Shown here piece after piece: positions 1 through 8,947 of a stretch of 64,000 nucleotides of DNA. The DNA is from Escherichia coli (lineage in GTDB: Bacteria; Pseudomonadota; Gammaproteobacteria; Enterobacterales; Enterobacteriaceae), in NCBI RefSeq assembly GCF_044324785.1, contig NZ_CP172127.1. One strand, written 5' to 3'. Every line of letters begins with the position of its first letter. Within the stretch, counting starts at the first letter, position 1. Made by a program: the position numbers and the translations under genes. The notes under the pieces are model-generated. The model was not told the origin of the DNA, made no database searches, and worked only from the letters and a program-made list of their open reading frames with translations.

Positions 1-177
1 TGCCGCCCTGTATTGCAGCAGATGCTGGCAGTTTATCCGCGCCTGGAAAACTACGTCGACGAGCGAAACCATGTTGCCAAAGCATGGCTGCACTGGCTTG
101 GATTCAGGCTTGAAGAAGCCGCGCCTTATGGTGCTCTTGGTCTTAATTTCCACAGATTTCACATGGAGAGAAAATAA
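1..177 (+). CDS. C-terminal fragment of a phage virion protein (5' end outside window)
   Basis: Open frame from base 1 to TAA at 175-177; stop overlaps next start as TAATG. Confidence 0.4.
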   Translation, partial: CRPVLQQMLAVYPRLENYVDERNHVAKAWLHWLGFRLEEAAPYGALGLNFHRFHMERK

Positions 178-722
178 TGTGCGATCCGGTTATTGCTGGT
201 GGCGCAATGCTCGCCATGAGTGGCATTCAGGCATACACCCAGTACCAACAGGGAAAGTATGCCTCGAAGGTTGCAGAAGCGAACGCAGATATAGCCACAG
301 CTCAGGCAAATGATGCAATAAACAGAGGTAACGCTGAAGCTGAGCAACGACGCAGAGAGACCCGACAGCGGCTTGGTACACAGGCGGCGACAATGGGGGC
401 TACCGGCGCTGATTTATCTACAGGTAACGCGCTGGATATATTTGGCGACACTGCCCAGTTTGGCGCTCTTGATTCGCTGACGACGGTGAATAACGCGCAA
501 CGCGAGGCTTACGGTTATCAGGTTCAGGCTGCCAACTATAAAGCAGAAGCCAGTTCAGCCCGTAAACAGGGGAATGTGGGAGCAGCAACAACATTGCTCA
601 CTGCGCCTCTGAAGGCATACGGTGCGTACCAGATGTTTGGTGGGACGTGGAGTCCGTTTACTCAAAGCACTCCTGCGCCAATCGGGGCAGCAGCAGGAAC
701 CAGATTACCAGGAGGATTATAA
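177..722 (+). CDS. Phage virion/internal protein, Ala/Gln/Gly-rich, 181 aa
   Basis: ORF track; translationally coupled (TAATG) to neighbours on both sides. Confidence 0.5.
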   Translation: MCDPVIAGGAMLAMSGIQAYTQYQQGKYASKVAEANADIATAQANDAINRGNAEAEQRRRETRQRLGTQAATMGATGADLSTGNALDIFGDTAQFGALDSLTTVNNAQREAYGYQVQAANYKAEASSARKQGNVGAATTLLTAPLKAYGAYQMFGGTWSPFTQSTPAPIGAAAGTRLPGGL

Positions 723-3235
723 TGCCAGTCGTACCAACAGTATCCGGACGTCAGGTTGAGAGTCGTGGAGTTCAGTCAGCAGGCTTGCAGACGTTTTCTC
801 AGCAAGGTATTGGTGATGCTTTTGTTCGGGCAGGGACAGAGGCAATTGATGTTTTGGGGCAGGCAAAACAGCGTGCCAATATCGCTCTGGCTCAGGAGGC
901 ATCTCTTAACCTCAGTCAGATAAGCAGCGATCTGCTGAATAATCCTGAAACAGGATTGCTTAACCTGAAAGGGAAAAATGCTATTGGAAAAGGCCATGAG
1001 TATACGCAGCAGTTTGATGCTCAGGTCGAACAACTGGCTATGTCGCTGCCGGATGAACAGGCTCGTAATGCTTTCATGCAGCAGGCGCAGCAGCAGCGCA
1101 TTCAGTTCACTACGCAGGCCGGGCGACACGAGATAGGGCAAATTAATGCCTACGAAGAAGGCCAGTTTCAGGCGACACTGCTGAACAATGGTAAAAATGC
1201 CGCAGCATTGTATGGCGACAACGCCGCATACGTATTGGCTAACAAACAAACTTTCCAGCAAATTGAGGAGTACGGTGTTGCACATGGCTGGAGCAACGAG
1301 CAAATCCAGGCCAAGAAAATCGAGTTTAAAGAGAAGGTTGCTGATGCTGCATTGTCCCAGTGGTCGGCAAACAATGCGACCGCATTCATCCAAAGTAATG
1401 GCGAGTTAAGTGATACTGCTGCTGGAGCTCGCCGTGCTGTAGCAGATAGTGACTCTTCCGAGCGTGCCCGTGGCATACGCAACAATAACCCAGGAAATCT
1501 CGAATACAGCAAAACTAATCCGTGGGTAGGCCAGACCGGTGATGATGGTCGATTTGCTAAATTCGAAACACCTGAACACGGGATTCGTGCATTAGGGCGG
1601 AACCTGATGTCGTATCAGAGGCAGGGTATTGATACCGTCAGCGAGATAATTAATCGCTGGGCACCGCCTGCTGATAAAAATGACACTATGTCGTATATCA
1701 AAGCAGTGTGCGAACAACTTGGCGTTTCTGCTGATGAGCCTCTCGATGCATCTAATCCTGATACCCTGAAGGCGCTTTGTGCAGCCATTATCCATCATGA
1801 GAACGGTAGCCAGCCATACAGTGATCAGCAGTTAACTGCTGGTGTCAGTGCAGCACTTGGTTTATCAACAATTCCAACCAACACCAAACGCTATACCGGT
1901 AATGCAGCATTCGATGCGGCATCTCCTGAGGCGCAGGCAAGTTTTATGCGACAGGCGGATCAACTGCGTCGGCAGCAGCAGGCTGAATATAAAACGATGA
2001 TTGACAGCCAGGTTCGCGATGCGACAGCTGCGTATATGCGTGGCGTTGAATTTCCTAACCCACCTGGTGAGGCTGATTTTATTGCAGCTTATGGAGTAAG
2101 AGAAGGAAACCTGCGATATACCGAGTTCAGAAATACGCAAATCGCCGGACAGTATATAGGCTCTTTCCGCAACATGCCGACAAGCAGCATTACAGCATAT
2201 GTTGAGCAATTACGCCCGGATACTGGTGAGACAGGGGAGGGTTATGCGGCACGAGCCGCTCTTTATGACAACGTTGTGTCGGCTGCAAGTCAGGTGATAA
2301 AGCAGCGACAGGCTGATCCTGTACAGTTCTCTCTTGCCGCCGGACAGACAAAGCCTATCGACATGAGCAATAAGGATAACTTTGGACAGAGCGTTGCCTT
2401 GCGTGCTGCTCAGGTCAGTGACCTTGCTAAGTCATATGGCACTCCACTGACGTTCTTTTCCAAAGACGAGGCCAATCAGATCGGTGTTTTCTTTCGTGAT
2501 GCGCCCGTTTCCCAACAGGCAGCATATCTCGATACCATCAGGCAGAGCACTGGTGGTGGGCAGGTGTATATGTCAGCACTACAGCAGATCAGTGCCAACG
2601 CTCCATCTGCTGCCGTTGCCGGGATACTGATGGATAAGCCAGGTGGTATTTTGGCAGAAAAAAACTGGTTTAATCCGGATGTTTCCGTGTCTCCTGAAAC
2701 CGCTGCGCAGACAATTCTTGCTGGCGCGGCGGCTCGTAAAGGTACTGATGATGCGAAAGGTATTCCGATGCCTAAAGATGCTGATCTTCGCCTTGAGTTT
2801 TCTGACATGGTGAAGGATGCATTTGCTGGTGACGCTCAGGGGGCATCAATGGCATACGAGATCGCAAAGGATTATTACGCTGGTGTGATGGCGAAAAAAG
2901 GCGTGGTATCAGGCGAAATTGACAATGATGTCTGGAAACAGGCTGTTAACGTAGCTACAGGTGGCGTGCATGACTATAACGGAATGGGGAATGTCCTTTT
3001 GCCGTGGGGAATGTCTGCAGAGCAATTCGATAAGCAGGTTAATCAGGCTTGGAATGAACAAGTTGTCGGCTCTGGGATAAAAACACCGCCTGGTCAGTAT
3101 GGTTTGCAAAGTTACGGCGATAGTCAGTACCTGGTGAAACTTGGTACTGGTTATCTGCTGAAAGATGATGGTTCTCCCGTTGTTCTTAATCTGACACAGA
3201 AGCGTCAGAGATTCTCCGGAGATATTCCGCAATGA
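722..3235 (+). CDS. Large phage virion/ejection (core or tail-hub type) protein, about 837 aa
   Basis: ORF 647..3235 with likely start at ATG 722 overlapping upstream stop; coiled-coil-like Gln/Ala-rich stretches; conserved-looking NNNPGNLEY segment. Confidence 0.5.
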   Translation: MPVVPTVSGRQVESRGVQSAGLQTFSQQGIGDAFVRAGTEAIDVLGQAKQRANIALAQEASLNLSQISSDLLNNPETGLLNLKGKNAIGKGHEYTQQFDAQVEQLAMSLPDEQARNAFMQQAQQQRIQFTTQAGRHEIGQINAYEEGQFQATLLNNGKNAAALYGDNAAYVLANKQTFQQIEEYGVAHGWSNEQIQAKKIEFKEKVADAALSQWSANNATAFIQSNGELSDTAAGARRAVADSDSSERARGIRNNNPGNLEYSKTNPWVGQTGDDGRFAKFETPEHGIRALGRNLMSYQRQGIDTVSEIINRWAPPADKNDTMSYIKAVCEQLGVSADEPLDASNPDTLKALCAAIIHHENGSQPYSDQQLTAGVSAALGLSTIPTNTKRYTGNAAFDAASPEAQASFMRQADQLRRQQQAEYKTMIDSQVRDATAAYMRGVEFPNPPGEADFIAAYGVREGNLRYTEFRNTQIAGQYIGSFRNMPTSSITAYVEQLRPDTGETGEGYAARAALYDNVVSAASQVIKQRQADPVQFSLAAGQTKPIDMSNKDNFGQSVALRAAQVSDLAKSYGTPLTFFSKDEANQIGVFFRDAPVSQQAAYLDTIRQSTGGGQVYMSALQQISANAPSAAVAGILMDKPGGILAEKNWFNPDVSVSPETAAQTILAGAAARKGTDDAKGIPMPKDADLRLEFSDMVKDAFAGDAQGASMAYEIAKDYYAGVMAKKGVVSGEIDNDVWKQAVNVATGGVHDYNGMGNVLLPWGMSAEQFDKQVNQAWNEQVVGSGIKTPPGQYGLQSYGDSQYLVKLGTGYLLKDDGSPVVLNLTQKRQRFSGDIPQ

Positions 3236-5034
3236 GTTACTTTGGCCTTAATCCAGTAAACCAGAATCAGCAGCTTGACGAAGCAGCATCAAATCCAGCT
3301 GGCTTTAACAGCGATGTTGGTTTTTTCGACAATGCTGTAGGAGCGGCATTGTCTGGTTTGTACTCCGGGCTGGTGGCAAAGCCAGATCAGTTGCTATGGG
3401 CAGGGATGGATAAAATCGTATCCCCGATTGCTCAGTTTATTAACGAAAACACCTCGCTCAATGATACTTCAGTTTCATACATTGCCGAGCAGAGAAAACT
3501 AGCAGAGCAGCAGGTTAAGCGGCTGACGCCTGATGCCGCGACAACCGGAACCGCCGGGCAGGTTCTTTATGGGTTGTTCGATATGGGCGGGCAGGCTGTT
3601 GTCGGTACAACGCTCGGTGGTCCTGTCGGAGGTGCAGCGGCGGTAACTTCGCTACAGGGTTTTTCTGAGTTTGAACGGCTGACAGCACAGGGTGTTGATT
3701 TCAGGACGGCGCAGGAAGCGGGATTAGTGCAGGGCATTACTGCTGGTGCCGGAACACTGATCCCTATGAGCCTCGGGTTACGTGCTGGTGGTGCGCTGGC
3801 GGAAGGTGTGGCGGCTCAGCTTGCGCGGGCGGGTGAGAGTTCAGTGCGACGCGCCGCAGCAACAGCAGTACGTGCAACGCCAGATATTGCCTATGCCGCA
3901 GGTACAAATATTGCGTTCGGTATGGCACAGCGTGGGCTTACTGCAAAAACACTTCGTGATGGTGGCTATAGCGAAATGGCTAACCAGTATGATGTGTTGG
4001 ATCGACAGGCAATTGCTATTGATGCTGTTCTTGGGGTGGCGTTTGGTGGTGTCGGCAGATTTATTAACTCTCGCGGCGAGTCTACAAGCGCACCAAATTT
4101 TTCACCAGTTGATGTTGATGCTGCACTGGCGGCGAATGCCGCTCATCATGCTGAAATTGATATTGCGCCCGGCGTGCCGATCAACGTGCTTTCGCGCAAT
4201 TCTCACATTCAGGCTCTGCGAAAAGCTATGTCTGATGTTAGCCAGGGGAGACCTGTAGACGTTGCCAGCATTGTTGAGTCTGCATCTTTCAGTGAAATTC
4301 CTGGGCGCAAGAGTCTGCTGTCTCAGGCAGTTAATGAGGCTCTGTCATCTGTAGATGATGGAGTAACGGCGCGCGCTATAGAAAATCGGTTGCTTGAAGA
4401 ACAGGCCGCGCAGCTTTTGCCGCGTGGCGATAGACAGGTTTACCAGTCTGAAATAGCTAATAGCCAACGAATTATTGAAAATCTCACTGAACAGCGCGCA
4501 CAAATTCTTGCAGAAGAGCCAACCGGTAGCGGTAAATCTTTGTCTCGTGCTCGATCAGATAAACAGGTCAGACTTCGCGATATTGACCAACGAATCCGGC
4601 AGGCACAAGAACGCCTGGAATTTTCCCGTAACGCGTTGGCACCGCATGAGCCTGGCGGTCAGTTTTTTGAAGCTCGAGCAGAACTGGCACGGAGACAGCA
4701 GGCTGAAAGTGAACTTAATGCTCAGGCTGTTTCATTCTATAAAACAGCAGAGGTCAGGACGCCAGACGAAGTAGCTCCTTTTGAGCCTGATAAAATATTG
4801 CAACAGGCAGAACAAAAAATGATGGCGGATCAGGCAGGAGATATTGATCTGCGCATAGCTGAAGACTCGCTGCTTGAATCACCTGACATGATAATCACCG
4901 TGCTGGATGATGATGGTAATCCACAATCGCGCAGCGCGCGTGAAGTACTGGATGAAGCGAACAGGGAAAGTGAGCAGGCAATACAGGATTCCAGCCTGTT
5001 TGATGTCGCTGTGGCGTGTTTCTTGAGAGGTTAA
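3232..5034 (+). CDS. Phage virion/ejection protein, 600 aa, Gly/Ala-rich N-terminal half and charged coiled-coil C-terminal half
   Basis: ORF track; ATGA overlap with upstream stop. Confidence 0.5.
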   Translation: MSYFGLNPVNQNQQLDEAASNPAGFNSDVGFFDNAVGAALSGLYSGLVAKPDQLLWAGMDKIVSPIAQFINENTSLNDTSVSYIAEQRKLAEQQVKRLTPDAATTGTAGQVLYGLFDMGGQAVVGTTLGGPVGGAAAVTSLQGFSEFERLTAQGVDFRTAQEAGLVQGITAGAGTLIPMSLGLRAGGALAEGVAAQLARAGESSVRRAAATAVRATPDIAYAAGTNIAFGMAQRGLTAKTLRDGGYSEMANQYDVLDRQAIAIDAVLGVAFGGVGRFINSRGESTSAPNFSPVDVDAALAANAAHHAEIDIAPGVPINVLSRNSHIQALRKAMSDVSQGRPVDVASIVESASFSEIPGRKSLLSQAVNEALSSVDDGVTARAIENRLLEEQAAQLLPRGDRQVYQSEIANSQRIIENLTEQRAQILAEEPTGSGKSLSRARSDKQVRLRDIDQRIRQAQERLEFSRNALAPHEPGGQFFEARAELARRQQAESELNAQAVSFYKTAEVRTPDEVAPFEPDKILQQAEQKMMADQAGDIDLRIAEDSLLESPDMIITVLDDDGNPQSRSAREVLDEANRESEQAIQDSSLFDVAVACFLRG

Positions 5035-5039
5035 ATTAA

Positions 5040-7514
5040 ATGAGACAGGAATGTATACAAGCGGTCCAGCAGGCGGCGCAGCGCACGTTAACGGCGCGAG
5101 AAATACAGAACATTGAAGACCGCATTTATCGAAATATGCGCTCCATTGCTCGTGATGACCCGATGTCGTGGAGACAACTTTCCGAATCAGAGCGGCTATA
5201 TCGTGCAGCACAATTGGCATCTGAAGAATTACAGCGAGAAGCGGCATTAAAGAAACGTCGTGTGGCCCTCACTATAGCCGCACGTCAGAGATTGGATAAA
5301 TTTATCAATAGCTATCAAGGGGCTGATGGGAAACTTGGCGCTCTTAACCGTACTATTGCTTTTAATGCAGACGGTAAATCGAATTTCCTCTCTGTTGAAT
5401 CCAGAACAAAAGCCACTCGTGATTATGCATTGAGTCAATTGCAGGAGGCATTTGAAGCAGTTGATCCTCGCTTTTTTGGCCTGTTTGAAGATGAAGCTGG
5501 CGTGCGTGACCTGGTATATGAAATGCGAGGGCAAAATACTGGCAATGCTAAAGCAAGAAAAGGTGCTAAGGCGTGGAGAGAAGTGACAGAGCTACTGCGC
5601 CGCCGGTTTAATGATGCTGGTGGGGACATTGGCTATCTCGAAAACTGGGGGCTCCCTCAACATCATTCTATGGAAAAGGTTGGGGCGGTATCAAAGGATA
5701 AGTGGGTTAGCGATGTTATAGGTAAGCTGGATCGCAAATATTATACCCGAGTCGATGGACAACTGATGAACGATGCCGAGTTGTCTGCATTTCTTGGAGA
5801 GGCTTATAACACGATCGCTACTGGTGGGCTGAATAAGCTTACTGATACCGGAATGCGAATTTCCGGCGCACGTGCTAACCGGGGTAATGCATCACGACAG
5901 ATACATTTCAAAGATGCAGATTCCTATCTGCAATATCAGCAACTTTATGGCGATCGCTCTCTATGGGAAATCATGGTCGGTCACCTGGAAGGTATCAGTA
6001 AAGATATTGCACTGGTGGAAACATATGGCCCAAACCCCGATCATGTTTTCCGCTCTCTTCTTGATCAGGTGAAGGCAGAAACGGCAACAGCTAACCCGAG
6101 TAAAACCGGTAAAGTCGAGCGGCTGGCGAACAACACAGAGAATCTGTACAACTTTATTTCCGGAAAGACACAGCCTGTAGCGAATCCGCACATCGCGCGA
6201 TGGTCTGACAATATCCGCAACTGGCTGGTTGCCAGCAGACTCGGATCCGCGTTGCTGTCATCGTTCTCTGATCTTGGAACCATGTATCTGTCTGCGAAGG
6301 TTACCAACCTTCCAATGAACCAGTTATTCCGCAACCAGCTTGAAGCTATGGACCCAACGAACCGTACAGAACTTGCGCGGGCGCGCCGCGCTGGTCTGGC
6401 GATGGAATCTCTACTTGGCAGCGTTAACCGCTGGGCGATGGATAATATGGGGCCGTCTGTGTCTCGTTGGGCTGCAACGGCGGTAATGCGTGCCAGTGGG
6501 CTTACAGCATGGTCAGATGCGCACAAGCGCGCCTATGGCGTAACCATGATGGGAAGCCTGGGAGAAGTAGTGTCACGGACACCAGACCTTCGTAGCCTCG
6601 ATGATTCTGATTTTCGTATCCTGAAAAGCAAAGGGATTACTGACACAGACTGGAGCGTATGGAAGCTGGCGCAACAGGAGGACTGGGGGAACGGTAATAA
6701 TACGATGCTGACACCGGAAAGCATTATGCGTATCCCTGATTCAGCAGTTAAACATCTTGGTGAGCCTGAACGCGTGAAATTTGAGGCAATGCGTAAACTG
6801 CTCGGTGCCGTAACTGAAGAAGTTGATATGGCTGTTATTACACCGGGTGCACGTGAGCAACTGATAACCGGTTCTGGTATTCAGCGTGGAACATGGAAAG
6901 GTGAATTAACGAGAAGTGTTTTCCTGTTTAAATCGTTCCCTATCTCGGTGGTTATGCGTCACTGGTCACGCGCTATGGGTATGCCGTCGGCTGGTGGGCG
7001 TGCGGCATATATTGCGACGTTTATTGCCAGTACGACCATTCTTGGCGCTTTGTCGCAGCAACTTAACGACCTTGCGTCTGGTCGTAATCCTCGCGAGATG
7101 ACAGGAGAAGATGCTGCTAAATTTTGGCTTGGTGCTCTACTGAAAGGTGGTGGTCTTGGCCTTTACGGTGACTTTTTATTGTCAGATCACACTAGGTACG
7201 GAAGCGGCGCGCTGGCGTCGATGCTTGGCCCGGTAGCTGGTCTGGTTGATGACGTAGTGAAGATTGCTCAGGGCATACCGTTAAATGCTGTGGAAGGGAA
7301 GAATGAGCAGACTGGTGGTGATCTGGTTAAGCTGGGGAAAGGTCTGATGCCAGGTGCGAATCTCTGGTACTTAAAGGCGGCTCTCGATCACATGATCTTT
7401 AACCAGATGCAGGAGTATTTTTCACCAGGTTATTTGCGTAAAATGGAGCAACGTTCGAAGAAAGAGTTTAACCAGACATACTGGTGGCGACCACAGGATG
7501 TCACTCCGCAATAA
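5040..7514 (+). CDS. Large phage virion/ejection protein, 824 aa
   Basis: ORF track; RBS gagagg upstream; last gene of coupled block. Confidence 0.5.
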   Translation: MRQECIQAVQQAAQRTLTAREIQNIEDRIYRNMRSIARDDPMSWRQLSESERLYRAAQLASEELQREAALKKRRVALTIAARQRLDKFINSYQGADGKLGALNRTIAFNADGKSNFLSVESRTKATRDYALSQLQEAFEAVDPRFFGLFEDEAGVRDLVYEMRGQNTGNAKARKGAKAWREVTELLRRRFNDAGGDIGYLENWGLPQHHSMEKVGAVSKDKWVSDVIGKLDRKYYTRVDGQLMNDAELSAFLGEAYNTIATGGLNKLTDTGMRISGARANRGNASRQIHFKDADSYLQYQQLYGDRSLWEIMVGHLEGISKDIALVETYGPNPDHVFRSLLDQVKAETATANPSKTGKVERLANNTENLYNFISGKTQPVANPHIARWSDNIRNWLVASRLGSALLSSFSDLGTMYLSAKVTNLPMNQLFRNQLEAMDPTNRTELARARRAGLAMESLLGSVNRWAMDNMGPSVSRWAATAVMRASGLTAWSDAHKRAYGVTMMGSLGEVVSRTPDLRSLDDSDFRILKSKGITDTDWSVWKLAQQEDWGNGNNTMLTPESIMRIPDSAVKHLGEPERVKFEAMRKLLGAVTEEVDMAVITPGAREQLITGSGIQRGTWKGELTRSVFLFKSFPISVVMRHWSRAMGMPSAGGRAAYIATFIASTTILGALSQQLNDLASGRNPREMTGEDAAKFWLGALLKGGGLGLYGDFLLSDHTRYGSGALASMLGPVAGLVDDVVKIAQGIPLNAVEGKNEQTGGDLVKLGKGLMPGANLWYLKAALDHMIFNQMQEYFSPGYLRKMEQRSKKEFNQTYWWRPQDVTPQ

Positions 7515-7523
7515 GGAAGTGTT

Positions 7524-7697
7524 GTGTTTTTAATTATTTTGAGTGTGATAATTTCTGGTGGATTGTTATTTATTGACCGCTACAAATATTTTCTTAACCC
7601 TCAGACTCAAGCTATTTGCTGGTTCATCTTTGTTGTGCAGGGAGTAGTTCTTGTTGCAAGCCTTATTGAGGGGAGGCCTCTTATTTTTACTGGGTAA
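7524..7697 (+). CDS. Small hydrophobic protein, 57 aa, GTG start
   Basis: AAGGAAG 4 nt before GTG 7524; translation is almost entirely hydrophobic; not in ORF track (<60 aa). Confidence 0.3.
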   Translation: MFLIILSVIISGGLLFIDRYKYFLNPQTQAICWFIFVVQGVVLVASLIEGRPLIFTG

Positions 7698-7710
7698 ATT
7701 AGGTGACTAC

Positions 7711-8007
7711 ATGCAAGCTATAGGATTCATTGTTTATATCGTCGTTGGTCTTTTTCAGTTGGCAGCAATTATGGCTGGGCTTGAATCATGGTGGGGATTG
7801 CACTGGATAATTGCAGCCCCCATTGCTTTCATCGTGAGCTATATTCCATTTGTTGGAGCGATTGTTGGTATGGTTGGCGCTGTGGATGTATGGCGGTGGG
7901 AGTGGTGGCAGGCTGGCCTTCTCTTCTTTGGTGGGATCATCTTTGCTATTGTCTGCGGTGGAATGTCATCATTTTTCGAATGGCTATCATTCAGAAAAGG
8001 GACGTGA
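7711..8007 (+). CDS. Small integral membrane protein, about 99 aa (candidate superinfection-exclusion type)
   Basis: ORF 7651..8007; likely start ATG 7711 after AGGTGA; several hydrophobic segments. Confidence 0.45.
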   Translation: MQAIGFIVYIVVGLFQLAAIMAGLESWWGLHWIIAAPIAFIVSYIPFVGAIVGMVGAVDVWRWEWWQAGLLFFGGIIFAIVCGGMSSFFEWLSFRKGT

Positions 8008-8015
8008 CATGTCAC

Positions 8016-8040
8016 AGGCCGCTTTCGCGGCCTTGTTTTT
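8016..8040. terminator. Hairpin plus T-tract terminator, likely bidirectional
   Basis: aggccgc-tttc-gcggcct followed by tgttttt directly after stop at 8007. Confidence 0.55.
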
Positions 8041-8200
8041 AACGAATGCCACCGCCGCCTGGGCGGGAATCCGCAGAACGCCCACCGCAGCGTGAGCCGT
8101 CAGCAGCAGTGTCGCTGTCGTGCTGACAACGACCGGCAAAGGCCTGAGTTGAAGCTACCAGAGACAACAAAACGAACAGTGCAGCAAATGCTTTTTTCAT
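8039..8200 (-). CDS. Small exported peptide, 53 aa, signal peptide with AFA cleavage motif and two-Cys Gly-rich mature part
   Basis: Internal ATG 8200 of ORF 8039..8272; N-terminus MKKAFAALFVLLSLVASTQAFA; own promoter. Confidence 0.3.
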   Translation of the reverse strand: MKKAFAALFVLLSLVASTQAFAGRCQHDSDTAADGSRCGGRSADSRPGGGGIR

Positions 8201-8212
8201 TGTGACATTTCC

Positions 8213-8241
8213 ATCTATAAGCCACCTCAATGTGGCGTCAA
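8213..8241 (-). promoter_or_regulatory. Sigma70-like promoter for small exported peptide gene (TTGACG, 16 bp, TATAGA)
   Basis: Read on minus strand between terminator of upstream cassette and ATG 8200. Confidence 0.4.
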
Positions 8242-8267
8242 TGAGTGTAGCACTGACTTTTGTTTCG

Positions 8268-8293
8268 TCCACAAAAAAGCCCGCAGCGCGGGC
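8268..8293 (-). terminator. Rho-independent terminator of the two-gene cassette
   Basis: Minus strand GCCCGCGCUGCGGGC hairpin followed by UUUUUUG, overlapping stop codon at 8293-8295. Confidence 0.6.
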
Positions 8294-8733
8294 TATTCTT
8301 CTTCATCATTAAAAAGCGGATTGTTGTTTCCATCTGATGAAAGGAAAGGTATGTGTTCTCTTGAAAATCCAACAATGACAATTTCATTATCATTTTTTGC
8401 ATAATGAATGCATTCATTAGAATGCCTTCCGCCAGGGTTGAAATTTAAGTTAATGGTATAATTCTTAAATGTGTTTGGATACCATGTTGGCCCACAATGA
8501 TAATGCCAATAATTCTCTTGCTCATAATTGTCTGAGCCGGGAATTTTATCATGGTTATCATCAACCCACGAGGGCTTGTTTTTTCCAACAAGCGCCCTTC
8601 CATTGGCAACATCCTCTAAAAAACTTTGTATGATTTTTATTTCATCATCAGTAAGGAAAGGTCCGTCTACAGCGAAAGGGGTGTTGCTTTCCCCATGTAG
8701 AAAACTATTAGATATTCTAATGTTAAACTTCAA
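8293..8733 (-). CDS. Unknown 146-aa protein, no internal Met, proposed TTG start, acidic C-terminus (AT-rich cargo gene)
   Basis: Frame of ORF 8293..8874; AGGAG 6 nt before TTG 8733; upstream part of the 193-aa ORF overlaps a better-supported small gene in another frame. Confidence 0.45.
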   Translation of the reverse strand: MKFNIRISNSFLHGESNTPFAVDGPFLTDDEIKIIQSFLEDVANGRALVGKNKPSWVDDNHDKIPGSDNYEQENYWHYHCGPTWYPNTFKNYTINLNFNPGGRHSNECIHYAKNDNEIVIVGFSREHIPFLSSDGNNNPLFNDEEE

Positions 8734-8753
8734 GGAAAACTCCTGATGTGCTT

Positions 8754-8921
8754 CTATTTGGAGCGAAATGCCGCCTTGAAGTCGCTGAAAGATGTTCCTG
8801 TCTGGTAAACCATATCCTTGTCGCGCTCTTTGCTTGCGCGGCCAAGCATAACTTTTCCAATGACATCCCAGCATTGCTTGGCTTGTTCATTGTGCTGAGT
8901 ACGATTTTTCAACGCTGTCAT
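8754..8921 (-). CDS. Unknown small basic protein, 55 aa (MTALKNRTQHNEQAKQCWDVIGKVMLGRASKERDKDMVYQTGTSFSDFKAAFRSK)
   Basis: ATG 8921 preceded by AAAGGAGG at 7-nt spacing; hand-translated; below ORF-track length cutoff. Confidence 0.45.
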   Translation of the reverse strand: MTALKNRTQHNEQAKQCWDVIGKVMLGRASKERDKDMVYQTGTSFSDFKAAFRSK

Positions 8922-8947
8922 ATCGCGCCTCCTTTACCTTTAAGGTA

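Noticed and set aside
71-313. 80-aa plus-strand ORF at the window start
   Set aside because: Overlaps the end of one coupled virion gene and the start of the next in a third frame.
776-1393. 205-aa minus-strand ORF inside the 837-aa virion gene
   Set aside because: Antisense shadow ORF within a clearly coding, translationally coupled gene; Cys/Leu-rich low-complexity translation.
3782-4258. 158-aa plus-strand ORF inside the 600-aa virion gene
   Set aside because: Alternate-frame ORF within a gene whose main frame is continuous and coupled to neighbours.
7651-8007. 118-aa extended form of the membrane protein
   Set aside because: The extension overlaps the 57-codon hydrophobic ORF in another frame and lacks an RBS; ATG 7711 with AGGTGA fits better.
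8293-8733. HNH / His-Me finger nuclease assignment for the 146-aa protein
   Set aside because: Segments such as HYHCG and NLNFNPGGRH are suggestive but the spacing does not match the canonical motif; left as unknown.
8293-8874. 193-aa version of the cargo protein starting at ATG 8874
   Set aside because: The N-terminal 47 residues (MLGCHWKSYAWPRKQRARQ...) look like out-of-frame translation and overlap a 55-aa ORF with a far better SD in another frame; TTG 8733 with AGGAG is preferred, though unproven.
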